64,000 nucleotides of DNA from Haplodiscus bocki (Eukaryota), in assembly GCA_965655095.1 (NCBI GenBank), contig OZ296652.1, positions 54,064,001 to 54,128,000 of the forward strand, in the 5' to 3' direction. The first letter of the stretch is position 1, and each line of letters opens with the position of its first letter. The notes beneath the pieces were generated by a model, which was given only the letters and a program-made list of their open reading frames with translations, was not told the origin of the DNA and searched no databases. This document shows positions 40,071 to 52,039 of this stretch, in pieces. Made by a program: the position numbers and the translations under genes.

Positions 40071-43000
40071 GTAGTAATTTTGTTCTTGCTTCTTTTTCAC
40101 AAGAATCAGATCGTGATCAGTGTTAAACTGATTTAAAGTTTTAAGCTTAAAGTTCTATTGCTCAGAACATCTGTACTTCTTAGCACGATGAGCATAAAAC
40201 TGCTAACTGGCGATGAATTCAAAGAATACTCCGATTTTCTTAGAGGCTGGAATAGTGTACTGATATCAAAAACGATAAAGATCATACTCCTAAAAATGAT
40301 GTGGTGACCCGTTCACCTTTAAATTTAACCCTTGGTTTTTAATTTTTTCATCTCGATCTTGACGGTTGACCTGAGCAAGTTACGTTCTTCGCTTCTTTTG
40401 AGAATTGGAAATACTCAAATGAATTCCTAACTCCTTCTAATTCTTCCACAGAATTTAGGTTTTGTCATCTGTTGTCTGGTTGTTTATCCGCTCCACTGTA
40501 AAATTATGAAGTCAAGTCAGATAGTGGTTAAGGGTGATGGTGAAACCTCAGCGCGGTTCAGTAACAAAAAAGCGGAGAAGTCGGCGCTGCAAACATTTGT
40601 AGGGGAACTTTTGACATTTTGATTAATTTTGGTTTGTCGGAAAATTTCATTATTGTTAGAAAAATTTGTCTTACTATGCCTAAAAATCGTATAAAATTAC
40701 ACACTACCGTGATAATTCTGTCCAAAAACTTTTTGATATTTCTTTTTTGTACAAACTTAGGTATACGTGAACGGGAGGTATAACGTTTCATTTTCAGAAA
40801 TTGAGGAAAAAGTTTCATAAAAGTTTTGATCACGCATTTAAGGGGGCTGATAAACGCCGCCTGAATTTCTTAAGGCTGTGTTAATTCTGTTACGTGAACA
40901 ATATCAGAAAACATGAAACTTTGAGTTTTCACTGTTTGGGCAATGAATAAATAGAGCACCTAAAGCTTGAATATTTCACTTGCTTGTTTTTAGTTGGAGC
41001 CGAATTCCTAGATTCTTGGCTAATAAATCGCGCTACATTGAAATATTATGAAAAAAGATTATCAAACCGGGAATTTCCAAGCAATTACATTCGTCAGTTC
41101 GAAGGTATTAAAAATGAAAAGAAACAAAGGGCCCCTGCAATGGGTTGGCTTGTTTCACGCTCCGATTAAAAAGGGTAAAGATTGACTGAAAACAATCACC
41201 CTGATTTAGAAAGCAGTTTTGTTCAGTGTTGGTTGACGGAAATCAGAGCTGTTTCAAGAAATAAACGCTGATTTCTTATGATCTAAAAATTGTTTTTGAG
41301 TGCTGATGAAAGCTGAATCAGCGCTGTCTACAGATTTCCATGTAACGTAGAGGGCTGAGTCAGTGCTGAAGCAGTGCTCGCAATCGCTATCATGTTTTTT
41401 CCAGAGCTAATCAACTCTTAGTTCTCTGAGATTTAAATCCAGAAAAAATCTCGCATCTTTAAAGGTACATATTTTTTTCGGTTTTCATACTTCATTTTCT
41501 TCCATTTTGCTCTTAAACCTGATAACTGGCCCAAATTTGGGTTTTTTTTGTCATATCCATTAGTTTTATTCCAGCACGTATAGTCTCTTAACACTTGGAG
41601 ACAATTATTTTTGTGCCGCGGTTCTTTTTCATTTTTTTTTCGTTTGCCGTGTTGTTGTTTCTAAGTTAAATTTATCCTAACTTGTGTCCTAATTTTTGTC
41701 TTTTTCAGCATATTTAGCATCTCATATTTCGTGAACATTTCAGAACTCATGAAACGGTTCCGTTGCAATTTTTTGTGAAAAAACTTGTACCAAATGTTAA
41801 CGTCAATAGCTATTTTCAGGTTGCAAAAGAAATATTGAGCATTTAGGGTAATTTCACTGTTCTTTAGTTCAGTTTTCACACTTCTTTAGGTTGATTTTTT
41901 TTGTTCAGTATCAATATTTTGTCACCTAGTTGATGCAATTTTCTGATTTTTGCAGAAACGCGCCAAATCTCTAATCAACCTCATAGTAATTTTTTTTGTG
42001 TTATGGCAATTTTGATACGTTTTTTGAGGAGAAAAATTGAAAGCTGGGCAAATTTTGGCTTCTTTGGCGATAATGGTCAAAATAAAAAAGTTTTTGGCCC
42101 ATAGGGCTCCCAGTCACGTAAACTTTGTGTACACTTAATTTTGTGTACACATAGACTCCAGTCTATGACATACTAAAGTTTAGTTGTCTTGCCAAAATTT
42201 TTCGATAGGTTTTCGAAAGAAACATGAAAATTGAGGTTTTTTGGGTACTTTCATGATTTTTTTCTAAATCAGTTCTGTTACTCTTGGACCTATGTCTCCA
42301 AATCACCTGCATTTTGCAAATGCATCACAAAGATACTCCAATAAATTTTTATCACATACAAATTGTTGATTGCGGTCCAAAATATTTCTGCAATGGTTTT
42401 TTTGCGGAAGAAATTTAAAAATCTGCAAGTTTACAAAGACATAGCGGGAAGACTCTAATACAATCAGCAATGAGTCACACACTACAATAATTTGCGCTCC
42501 GAATTACATTCGATAGGTTTTTTGCGCAAGGAGCTTGAAAATCAACAATTTCTTGGCTAATTTAAGGATGTATGTCATATCCGAAGTCCTGCTTACTGTT
42601 ACATAGTTCTTCAAATGACCCAAATATTGCATAAAAAAAGTGTCACCAATCAATCTTATGCAAAGTTTTCGCTGTGGTCCAACAAAAATTTGCGCTGGTT
42701 TTTTGTGCGGTAAAAGATTTTATGAAATGATTACTTTTTGAGAGTTTCCTTCACAAAAAAATTCCTGATGGCCTATTTGTTCTTCGAACCCATTGGAACG
42801 CTAAAGATTGTATTATAAAAGCACGCAGGTGCACGTGATTAAAGTTGGTGCCAATCCCAAATACTTTGCGCTATGTTTGTAATGATTTCTTCGATGTCTG
42901 CGAAAAATCTCATTCTGACGTTCTTTTTTTTTCGGTAATGGCTAAATTGCTGCAATTTTGCTCATATAGAATAAAGACTGACTGTGTAAGCGTGGGGTGT

Positions 43001-43545
43001 TGATGTTGCCCGAAAGTGGTTGATGTTGAAGTATACTTGCCACCTTTTTTGACCAAAATTACAAAAGAAGATTCTATTTTTAGGATAAAAATTGTTCAGA
43101 TCATGATTTTTTTATTTCACTAATTGTTCGAACAGAAAAAATGGGGTGTTCTTATTTGTTTTTGTTTAAAAGTGTGAACCTAAGCTTCTTAGTGTCTATG
43201 TTTTTAGCATTTTTAAAATTTGGAGTTTGGAGTTTGCATTTTGGAGTTTGCGTTTTGATATGGTTTATGGAAATCGAAAAATGCAGACAAATCTGCAAAA
43301 AGAAACATTAAGCTCGGAAACTAAAAAGTCCGAGTTTTCTTTTGGTTGAAAACTATTGTTTGTCTCTGAGCTCCCGGAGACAGAAAATATCACGGGGCAA
43401 GGTTGCCTAATGTTCGTTTTCATTCAGTACTCCACCATTTTTGTTAGTTCTCAAAAGGCTTATCAAGTTTCTTCAAAGTTTGAAATGAATATATGACAAA
43501 ATATTCTGAAACGGTAGTCTAAAACTGTTTGTCTTCATATTTCAG

Positions 43546-43970
43546 GCTAAATTTGTTGAACTCAAAGTACATGAATGGGTAGGAATAGCTTGAGGCTCAA
43601 ATTTTTGAGCATTAATGGAAACAGCGTTTCAGAAAAACTGTGGACGATGATGATGAAATCATTTTCGCCTACATTGCAAATGCCGATCAAGACCACCTGT
43701 TCGAGTTTGGTTACGTCATCGATTCCACAAGGATTGCAGTTGCACGGCTTTCCCAGGATGCAAGTTTCACGTTGCGAGATGTTACCTTAGAAGACTCAGC
43801 TATGTATAGATGTGTAGTTTACGAAGTAGAGAGTGAAAGATATCAAGTGTACGATTTCAAAGATATTTATCTGCAGGAGGGAGTGTGCAACTTTGGTCAA
43901 TCTAAAGCAGCTTCAGGTTGAGGAAATTTTGGACACTGCTCAGACCAAGGAACTTGCTTTTGTAAAATGG
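43546..43970 (+). pseudogene. Exon with last Ig V domain and start of a tenascin-type EGF
   Basis: AKFVELKVHEWVGIA*GSN[+1]FEH*WKQ...DASFTLRDVTLEDSAMYRCVV...GVCNFGQSKAASG*GNFGHCSDQGTCFCK. Confidence 0.85.
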
Positions 43971-44959
43971 TTGGTTGTTTTCATCCAAAGTTGAATTGCA
44001 CGAGAACACTGGCAGTTTATAAATGATTGGATCTGACAAGATATCAGCAAATATCTTAAAGAATATAGCGCTCCAGGAAAAACACCTAAAAGTTGAAAAC
44101 AAAAAATAGTAGTGTCTATTTATTAAATTTATCCCAGTACAAAATATCACAAAAGAGTTCAAGTAAAACTCAGAAGTAGTTTTCGAAGTTCTCAATATGT
44201 TCAATGAAGATCATAAAAATCTCTTTTCGATGGGCATTAATGTGCCAATAAGTACCTGTAATACCAGGGTTGAGCGCCAATTGATAAAAAGTTATTCTAT
44301 GATGCTCACATCGATGAAATTGATTTCCATCGATTCTCCATCGATTAGAATTGACTATATTTGCATGTGCCCAAAAACCAATCAGAATGCAATATTCTTT
44401 CTCGTTATTTCTTTAACTTTTAATAACGTAGTTCCGAATATAAAATCACTGAAAAATTAAGATTTTTGGCTGAAATTGTCGACTAACATTAGGTCTATTT
44501 TGCATTTTAGGCCAAATGAAATGTAAACACGCGTTTTTGTTGCCTCTTGAACAGCATCATGATTTAGGTGGTAGACATTTACAATTTTTATAGGTTGGCT
44601 GCATCCGAAAGTTTTACAAGTACTTATTACAAAAAATTGCAAAAACTCAGTTTTTACACTACTACGGTGTTCCAAAAGTGCCATCTTGTTGCAAAAGAAC
44701 ATCGCATTGATCCAAAGTGCGATCTTATTACTATGGAAATGTCGTAGAGAATCCATCCCGAGGATGAAACCCTGAGATTCAATAATCCATCGAAAGAAAT
44801 CAATGATTTTTACAGCTTTTGTCTGTGAGATTTCTCAGTTTTACTTATGCAATGAAGCCTTTTGGTGTTGTTGACTGGCCCACAAGTTAAAAATTCGAGG
44901 GAGTGCTTCCTTGAGAGTAAAAATTTGGAAAAGAATAATTATCATAAATCGATTTAAAT

Positions 44960-46119
44960 GGCTCTACGACAATTCGGACCAAAGACGAATTCGGACCGAA
45001 AACCAGATTCGGACCAAAGACAAATTCGGACCCAATTTTGAAATTCGGCCCAAATTATTTCGCTAAATAACTTAATTACTTAATTATATTATAAGCCTAA
45101 CTCAATTTATTTTTTGAAAGCATACCAATTTTGCAAACAGTTCTGATATAAATTAACCGGGCGGCATTAACTTTATTCTTTGGGGGCGGTAGATATCGCA
45201 GTAAATATCCCAAAAGCTAGACCTCCAGAGTAACTTTTGAAGCAACAAACTGAGAACGGCCAGAATCGGTCCTGTCCGTAAGTCTCAAAAGACTCGTCGA
45301 GGATTTTTTGTCTTACATAAAGTTTCTGAGAAGTTTTTTGATATTGCAAAGGGGGTATGACGATGTTGAGGATTAGTATTTTCCGCCCATAGTTTAACAT
45401 AGAAGAAAAATAATTCACTCGCCACATGCGTTCTTTTATGTAAAATTGTCAACTGCACGTTTCTGGAAAGTTTTTCTACGTGGGAAGATGTAACAAAAAT
45501 TCTGTGGAATCCATTTTTTTAAAATGTACTTCTAACGAAATTTTTGTCTTGAATGCATTTTGGCAAAATTGGAAAAAGTTAGAGAATAGGATCTTCTCAG
45601 GGCAATTTCGCGAAATTTTAACTTTGAAAAATTAATGTGCATTTGCTTCGAAACGCTTTTCCGGACGCAATTTTGCTGTTTCCAAAATCTTTCTAATTAG
45701 AAATTTTTAGTTTCCAAATAGAATCCCTTGGTCCCTCTAAAATGCACTTTTAACAAAGTCAGAAGAAAACGAAGATCCGTGCGGTAGCCAGGCATCTCGT
45801 TTTAATTTGTCTTTAACGCATTTTGACACAAAAATGGAAAACGGAAATTTTTGGTAGATTTCAAGGGATTGCGAAATGCCAAAGTTCTGAAACTTGCAAG
45901 ATCAAATTTCCTGTGTAATATTTTTATTCGTATTCGTTCACACTTCTAATTGGTTCTAATTGGCGATAATTACTATTATGAGCCACGATTGTGGAAGATT
46001 TTATAAACGCTGCTAATTACCACTAATTAGAGGTAATTAAAATTTTGGGCCCAATTTGTGTTTGGTCCGAATCTGTCTCTGGTCCGAATTTGGTATTTGG
46101 TCCGAATTGTCGCATCACC
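44960..46119. mobile_element. Mutator-like non-autonomous element with 9-bp TSD
   Basis: TIRs GGCTCTACGACAATTCGGACCAAA / GGTGATGCGACAATTCGGACCAAA (reverse complement), ATTCGGACC subrepeats, TSD GATTTAAAT at 44951-44959 and 46120-46128. Confidence 0.9.
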
Positions 46120-46304
46120 GATTTAAATTGATTGTGCATCCATTTCAATGGCAAGAAAATTGCCATTGAAAATCAATCTCAAATCGATTCTTCATCAATT
46201 CAGATTGACGGCGAAAAGATTTTTTATCCAATAATATCAATGAGAGTTAAACTCGGGATCCATGAGTGGGGTGAGAGTTAAACTCGGGAACCTTTCCTTT
46301 GAAG

Positions 46305-46634
46305 GTTTCTCTTGGGACAACAAAGTCGGCCTTTGCGTCAGTTGCAAAGCAGATCCAACTATTTGTCCCAGTTCAGCAAAATGCTTGTACGACAGTGAGA
46401 TGAAAAAACACACGTGTTTTTGTGAACGTGGAGAAACATGTTATCACGTGATCATAAATGTGTTCAGTGCTCCTCGGATTCAGACTGCGCTGGTCAAGGA
46501 AATGTTTGTCTTTTACTCTACGGTGGAAGCAGAAAATGTTTCCAAGATTGTACAAGCGATGCTGACTGTAACCAGGGCCAGACGAAGAAAATCTGCGCAA
46601 AGCCACCTAGACTGAGCAATTCGTCTGATATCCG
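46305..46634 (+). pseudogene. Cys-rich exon (EGF/EB-like repeats) with a -1 frameshift at ~46434
   Basis: GFSWDNKVGLCVSCKADPTICPSSAKC...TCFCERGE switches frame to MLSRDHKCVQCSSDSDC...CFQDCTSDADC...KIC; one extra A in the AAA run restores continuity. Confidence 0.8.
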
Positions 46635-47127
46635 GTGATTTTCCGCTTTTCAAGAAAATGAAATTATCTACTTAACTAAACTAAAGGAGTTACCTCAGAA
46701 ATCTTGAGTTTTGAAGCAATTGCCATCTCCTAGGGAGTAGCTTGGAATATAATGTTTGTCTCATGACCCTACAGCGACCCTCAGAGATAAATGATGACAT
46801 TCTTGTTGAAAATTACTTTTTTCACTTGTGGTTGGCGCGTTACAAAAAGTACGTAAACAATGACTTTCTGTAGCGTTCACTGCTGTACTTTTTGGGTGAA
46901 ATCTTACTACAAATTAGAGCAACTTTGGCCATTAGTGACTTGATCTAGCATGGTTTTACTGTTTTGGAGAAGTTTCAAAATTGGATATCAAGTTATTAAA
47001 GTTTGACTAGAGTTACAATTTTATCGGTATCCAGTAGAGCGAGGAATGAACTGACAATTCTTCAAGTCCCCGTTTTGGTTTTGTTTTTTTTCTTGTGTTT
47101 TTGCTTCTGAACAAATTTTGTTCTTGG

Positions 47128-47596
47128 AGTGTGTTCTTGCATGGGCAACTTCTTAGAAGACGCAGATGGGACTTGTTATCCGAGGGCTTTGCTCATTTCC
47201 TGTTTCGTTTGCGTCAACGACGAACCTGATTGTGCCATGCAACAGAATTCATTTGCAAGTTATTTCGAAACATGTCCAGAACCAACGCAAGTGTGTGACA
47301 CTCAAATGCATGCATTCAACAGCTCTATTAAAGGAGACAGTGTAGACCTATCACAAGCGACTATCACCTACAATCGATCTTGTTCTGAAAAAATGCAAAG
47401 AACATGTAATTTCAAGTCTGGTCAATGCTACTACAAAGAAGATCAACTGTTGTGTGTCCAATGCTGCTTGCGCAACTTTTGCAATGACAACCTAATCACG
47501 GAAACCCATGCCTCTTCTTGGATTCAGAGTTCAGTCCAGAAATATGAAAGCGGCCCTACAATTATTTCATTGCTAATTTTTTGGACTTTCAAGTAA
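47128..47596 (+). pseudogene. Terminal exon: end of EGF, Ly6/uPAR (three-finger) domain, GPI signal
   Basis: CSCMGNF...GTC, then SCFVC...C...C...C...RSC...C...C...CVQCCLRNFCN (typical LU CxxC...CC-x4-CN ends), Ser-rich omega region and hydrophobic tail IISLLIFWTF, stop TAA. The phase-correct acceptor reads ttcttgg rather than ttcttag. Confidence 0.85.
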
Positions 47597-50199
47597 CTTT
47601 GCTGTTGATAAATTATCAAAGCAAGCTATGGACAGTGATATACATGAAATTTCATTATTCGGCTCGTAAGGGCAATCAAAGTCAGTAATTCAGGCCGGAT
47701 GGAAACGGTCAACGGTAATTGTGACCACACTTGAGGGTACGGAGTTTCCGTGGTCTGCAAAAATCCCTATGGCCGTGCCTACCTTGTGCAAATAGATTTT
47801 GATACTTAGAGATCCGTTTTCAGTTCGTCCAAGTCTATTTTGTGTAGTCTTCATAATAGCAAATTCTTCTATACGATGAACTTTCAAAGAAATCAACAGA
47901 AAGTGAAAAAATGACAAAAAAATCCAATTTCCTAATGTCTGAATGTGCTTTTTGTCTTCATGGAATGAGCTCAAAACATACCGCAAACGTAACATACTTT
48001 TTTTGAATCAACTCCACTTTTGAAACAAAAAATCCCAGAATTCATATAATGCCCCGTCACATATTTTGAGCAGTAGTCAGTGCCGTCTTCGACGTTCAGA
48101 TTATGTTGTCATTTTTTCCCTCTTTTGTTTGAGCTTCGCATCATTCTATCTGCTGTATTTACCATTGTCCCCCAGAGCGGTTGAGTTTTTCTAAATCAGA
48201 GACGACTCAGAACAGGATCAAAAGCAAGTCATTCAAAACATTTTTGATAGTTTTAAGCCCTCGAATTAATTTTGATTAAATTTTAGCTTCTTCACCCGTT
48301 TCAGTAAATAATCTGTGAAAAATTGAGGCTGAAACGTCATCTAATTCTTTATTCACAGTAAAAATAATATCGACGTTATGATCCTTGAGCTTAATATTAT
48401 GAGTCTTCAGTGAGTCAGACTGTAATTATTTTCCCCTCATATTTCATATATGGAAAGAAAATTATTCATTCAACAGTCAGGTTTTTCTCTTTACACAAAA
48501 TTTGCCAATTGTACCACTCTGCCTCATGCCGCTTTTCTACCAAATTTTAACATAATTGCTGCAAAATTCCACAAGAGTGATACTTCAGAAACACGTTTTC
48601 ATGTTAGGTTTTTTTTCAGAAAAGCTCAAAATTATATTAAAAGGAAAAAAACAGTAAAAATGCCGGAAAAAGCATAATAAAAGGTATTTTTCCACCAAAA
48701 CGTATTTTTTGAAGGGAAATTCAAAGTTTTTCAAAGAAAAGTCAATTTTTCTTTCCCCCGAAACGCTCACGAAAAACATTTTTTTATTCGTGAGCAAACG
48801 CTCACGAACATGTTCAGCATTTGCTTACAACCCTTCCAAAAAGTACAGCCGCTATTATTCTTTTCATTTGCTTTATATGGACAATAATGCCATCCACCGA
48901 AACAATAGTATAAACTCCCGAATTAATAACGTCATCTGAGGTCATGTGTATAATGACATTATGAAAACCGATTACTTCAAAGTCAAGTGATTGATCACGT
49001 GACTTGACGTCTTTTTTCCAGCCAATTTTGCGCTATTCTCATCCTGGTTGGCTTGTGAAAGAACGAAATTCAGTTTATATAGCGGAAGAATTTCACCTAA
49101 GTGCGCCTGGTCTCCTCTAGCTCAGATCAGATGTCAAGTCACCCGTAATTTCATTCTAACCCTTTTCCGACAAAAAGGGATTGAACTCAGTGCAGTGCTT
49201 TTGAGCAGTATCAGTTAGTCAAAGAATGCATTCGCCTATCTTTTTCTTCTAACTTTCCTTTTTGGTGATATTTTTCGGGCTCATTTTTAATTTTTTGCAT
49301 TGATGTAAACTAGATAATTCGGTAACCAAGCTTAATCCCTAATTTGTAAAACAGTAAAATAACTAAAGTAAACGTAAATCCTTCCTCTAACTATCGCTTT
49401 TGGTCAGATTTTGATTCTGGCAATTTTTCCTTCCCTCTCAATTGAAGGAATTAAAACTTTTCTTTCGAGATTGTCCTAGCCACGAGCGGACGAAAAAGAC
49501 ATAGCAATCTTGCTGGTCTGAGAAAAGTATAGAACTGGTCTTAGCTACTGCGGATCTGATGGCTCCACCTTAAAACAGTCTTTGCTTAAAGCAGACAGCC
49601 TAAGCAATTCCGCAGGCATAAAATAACCGCAGCAATTTTGTCGATGAAATACCCATTTGTCTAGACTTGTCCTTAGTTGACAAATTAGTCTGAACCAGAG
49701 ATTAATACAAGTATAAATCCTTGAATTTAACTTACGATCTATTTTCCTGATAATAATGTTTATTTAGACGTCTTTGTGTTCGTAATTTCCATAACGTTTT
49801 TTCGTTTTTATATTTTACCATTTCGCTTGTAAACCAAAGGTTGATATTGTCGTAACTTTTAATTTAGGTTTTTAAAAAAATCTGATTTCTACACTTGATT
49901 TGCCTAATACGTAATAGCCTTTCGTTTCGAACTAACGCCTGAGACGACCTTTGTTGAAATGTGGGAAGGCAACTGTCGCACAATTGAAATGGGAGATTTA
50001 TCTTAAGTTTTAGGTATATTTTCTAGCTTGAAATATAGTGGTTTTTGAGACCTTCCACTTTTACTTCCAACAACCCCATCACTCAAAATTCACAGCATGT
50101 ACTCCAGTAGGTTAAAAAAACAACACGTTGCTAAATTTTTCATTTGAGTTCTCATTGGAAGTTGTTTTACTTGATTTTATGAGGTGAATTACATTGTAC

Positions 50200-51010
50200 A
50201 GGTTTTCGCCGGGAAGAGTTGCACACGGATCCACATTGGTCATTGTTGATTCATGTAGGGTAATCAAGTTGTCGAAATCTGAAGTAGGTCAAAAAATTCA
50301 GTTGGCTAAAAAGTCGTCTGTTTCTTGACAACTATTCTGGTACATCGTAGTACCGAGAACAAACGTGCGTTAGCTGATATTAACTATTTCTGCTCTTGGA
50401 AATTTCTTCAAAAAAATGGATGACTTTGAAGTGTTCAATTCTTGCAGAAAAGATTGAACTTGCTGACGCAAAAGTGAGATTTGATTGACGGGCCTAGAAC
50501 AAATAATTGTTCTGAACAATTCGTCATCTATTCAGCCCTAATTAATATATGAATTCTTGAAAGTGGCTGTTCGCGTAGTCACATTGCGACTTTTTCGAAT
50601 TTTGAAACATCATCAACGGATTCAGATGCATTTATAGACGGCGGCGACGTGGATAATGGGGCATTTTTCTCAGTGAACGAACTAGAAAGTCTCAAGATCT
50701 TGGAAATTGCGAAGTCACGGTGATAAGCAAGTAGGGAGGGATCTAAAACTTTTGATTGGAATATCACAACGCCTTTTTCAGCTTTATCGGTACACCAAAA
50801 ATTTTATTTAATTTTGCTAAAAAATCATTAGTAATTGTTGAAAATACAAGATGTTCCTCGAATACTTTTTCAAAGTGTTCCTGTGGTAACCGGGATGAGA
50901 AATTTATTAACGCATGGCAGTTTCGCACAGGTCGTCAAACACCTCGTGTCATCGTTCGAGAGCAAAAGCTTACTTGGGCTAACAACAATCATGTGTTAAC
51001 GCATACTTGT
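50200..51010 (-). mobile_element. Possible heavily decayed LTR integrase
   Basis: Fragments VIFQSKVLDPSLLAYH and EQPLSRIHI in integrase-like order; very eroded. Confidence 0.25.
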
Positions 51011-52039
51011 TCCCTTTTTTACGTCATTTCACTTCATGTTTTCAATTTTAATGGGAATTTTTTCCGAGTAGTCAGAAATTTTTCTAACTAAGCTGTTTGG
51101 CAGATTGTGAGTTCTCAATTTGAATTCTGCATAGCAGGTCAACTGGTGAAGTTAAATGCGTGAAAAAATTTCAATGAAAATTACCCAGCATGGTGGAAAC
51201 AAAGCTACCAGGAAATAATTAATCCAGATGAAATGCGTTCAAACTCTGGACCATGCTCATTTGCCGCTTTTTCAAAACGGCACGCTAAGCTGATAATGAG
51301 CGCGTCTGTTTTCATGTTTTTTTAATGTGCAGTGAATATGAATATGCTGTGTAAATACAGTTTTGTTGACAAATCGTTTTTGTCATTTCGATTGGGTTAC
51401 ATGCATTTAAAACCCAATCAAAAAAACCCAATTCCATAAAACATTTATTATTTACATTCTGCGTGAAATTTCTACACTCTTGAACTTTAACGGAGCGCCA
51501 ATTTCCAAATGATATTGTTGATTTTTGTTCATCATGACCTCTTCCACATTGTAATATTTCGTTTGGATTACTAATTTATTTCGACCAAAAATAGCAATAT
51601 ACATGGTTGATTGAAAATTGTAAATTTTAAGTACTGAGTAGGTGCCATTTGATGGTACAACCCCAAAGAAACGAATTGAATCTTCAAGTAATAAATTGCT
51701 ATCAATTATTCATAAATTTATATTGCAGCCCCTTGATTTTCATAAATTGACGTTGCTTTGAAAATGTTATTTGACATTCGAAAACGTGTACAGCCTAGTT
51801 ATGGAATACTACCAACATATAAAAACCTACTAAATCTTCAAAGCGTACAATTTTTTTACTTTGGCTGGAATACAATATAATAATGTATTTCGCAAAGAAT
51901 GGTTTTTAGCATTTTAGTTAGAGTTTCTACATGTTAGTCACTTAGAATTCATCAAATTTAACGAGTTGCATTATTTTATTTTTATATACACTATAGTTCA
52001 ATTTATACTCAATTTTGATAAAAAAAGACAAAAATAAAG

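Larger units (their letters stand above)
22452..47596 (+). pseudogene. Disrupted multi-exon gene for a large GPI-anchored cell-surface protein (SP-PAN-like-EGF-Ig x>=9-EGF/Cys-rich-Ly6/uPAR-GPI)
   Basis: About 16 exons join at GT..AG with mostly matching phases: 22452-22741, 22908-23132, 23544-23617, 23686-23705, 23775-23804, 24688-25058, 25358-25634, 31412-31901, 32501-32857, 35578-35787, 36229-38029 (continuing at 39589 after a TE), 39922-40070, 40166-~40310, 43546-~43970, 46305-46634, ~47128-47596. Ig C..W..YxC motifs are split across junctions. In-frame stops at 22642, 24714, 25044, 36864, 37695, 43591, 43613, 43919; frameshifts near 23790, 32625, 43602, 46434. Confidence 0.85.

Noticed and set aside
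36864-43615. Ciliate-type TAA/TAG = Gln code
   Set aside because: The GIMAP and the LU exon both end at TAA right after sensible C-terminal signals (CaaX, GPI), and CAR codons are used normally. C-to-T nonsense mutation is simpler.
44960-45060. CRISPR-like short repeat array (also 59296-59801 and 1210-1426)
   Set aside because: Eukaryotic context, irregular short spacing and mirrored inverted copies show these are transposon subterminal repeats; no cas genes.
47597-48450. SECIS element supporting Sec decoding of the TGAs
   Set aside because: ATGA...AA...GA candidates near 47644 and 48378 do not form the required helix by eye; a formal search is still needed.
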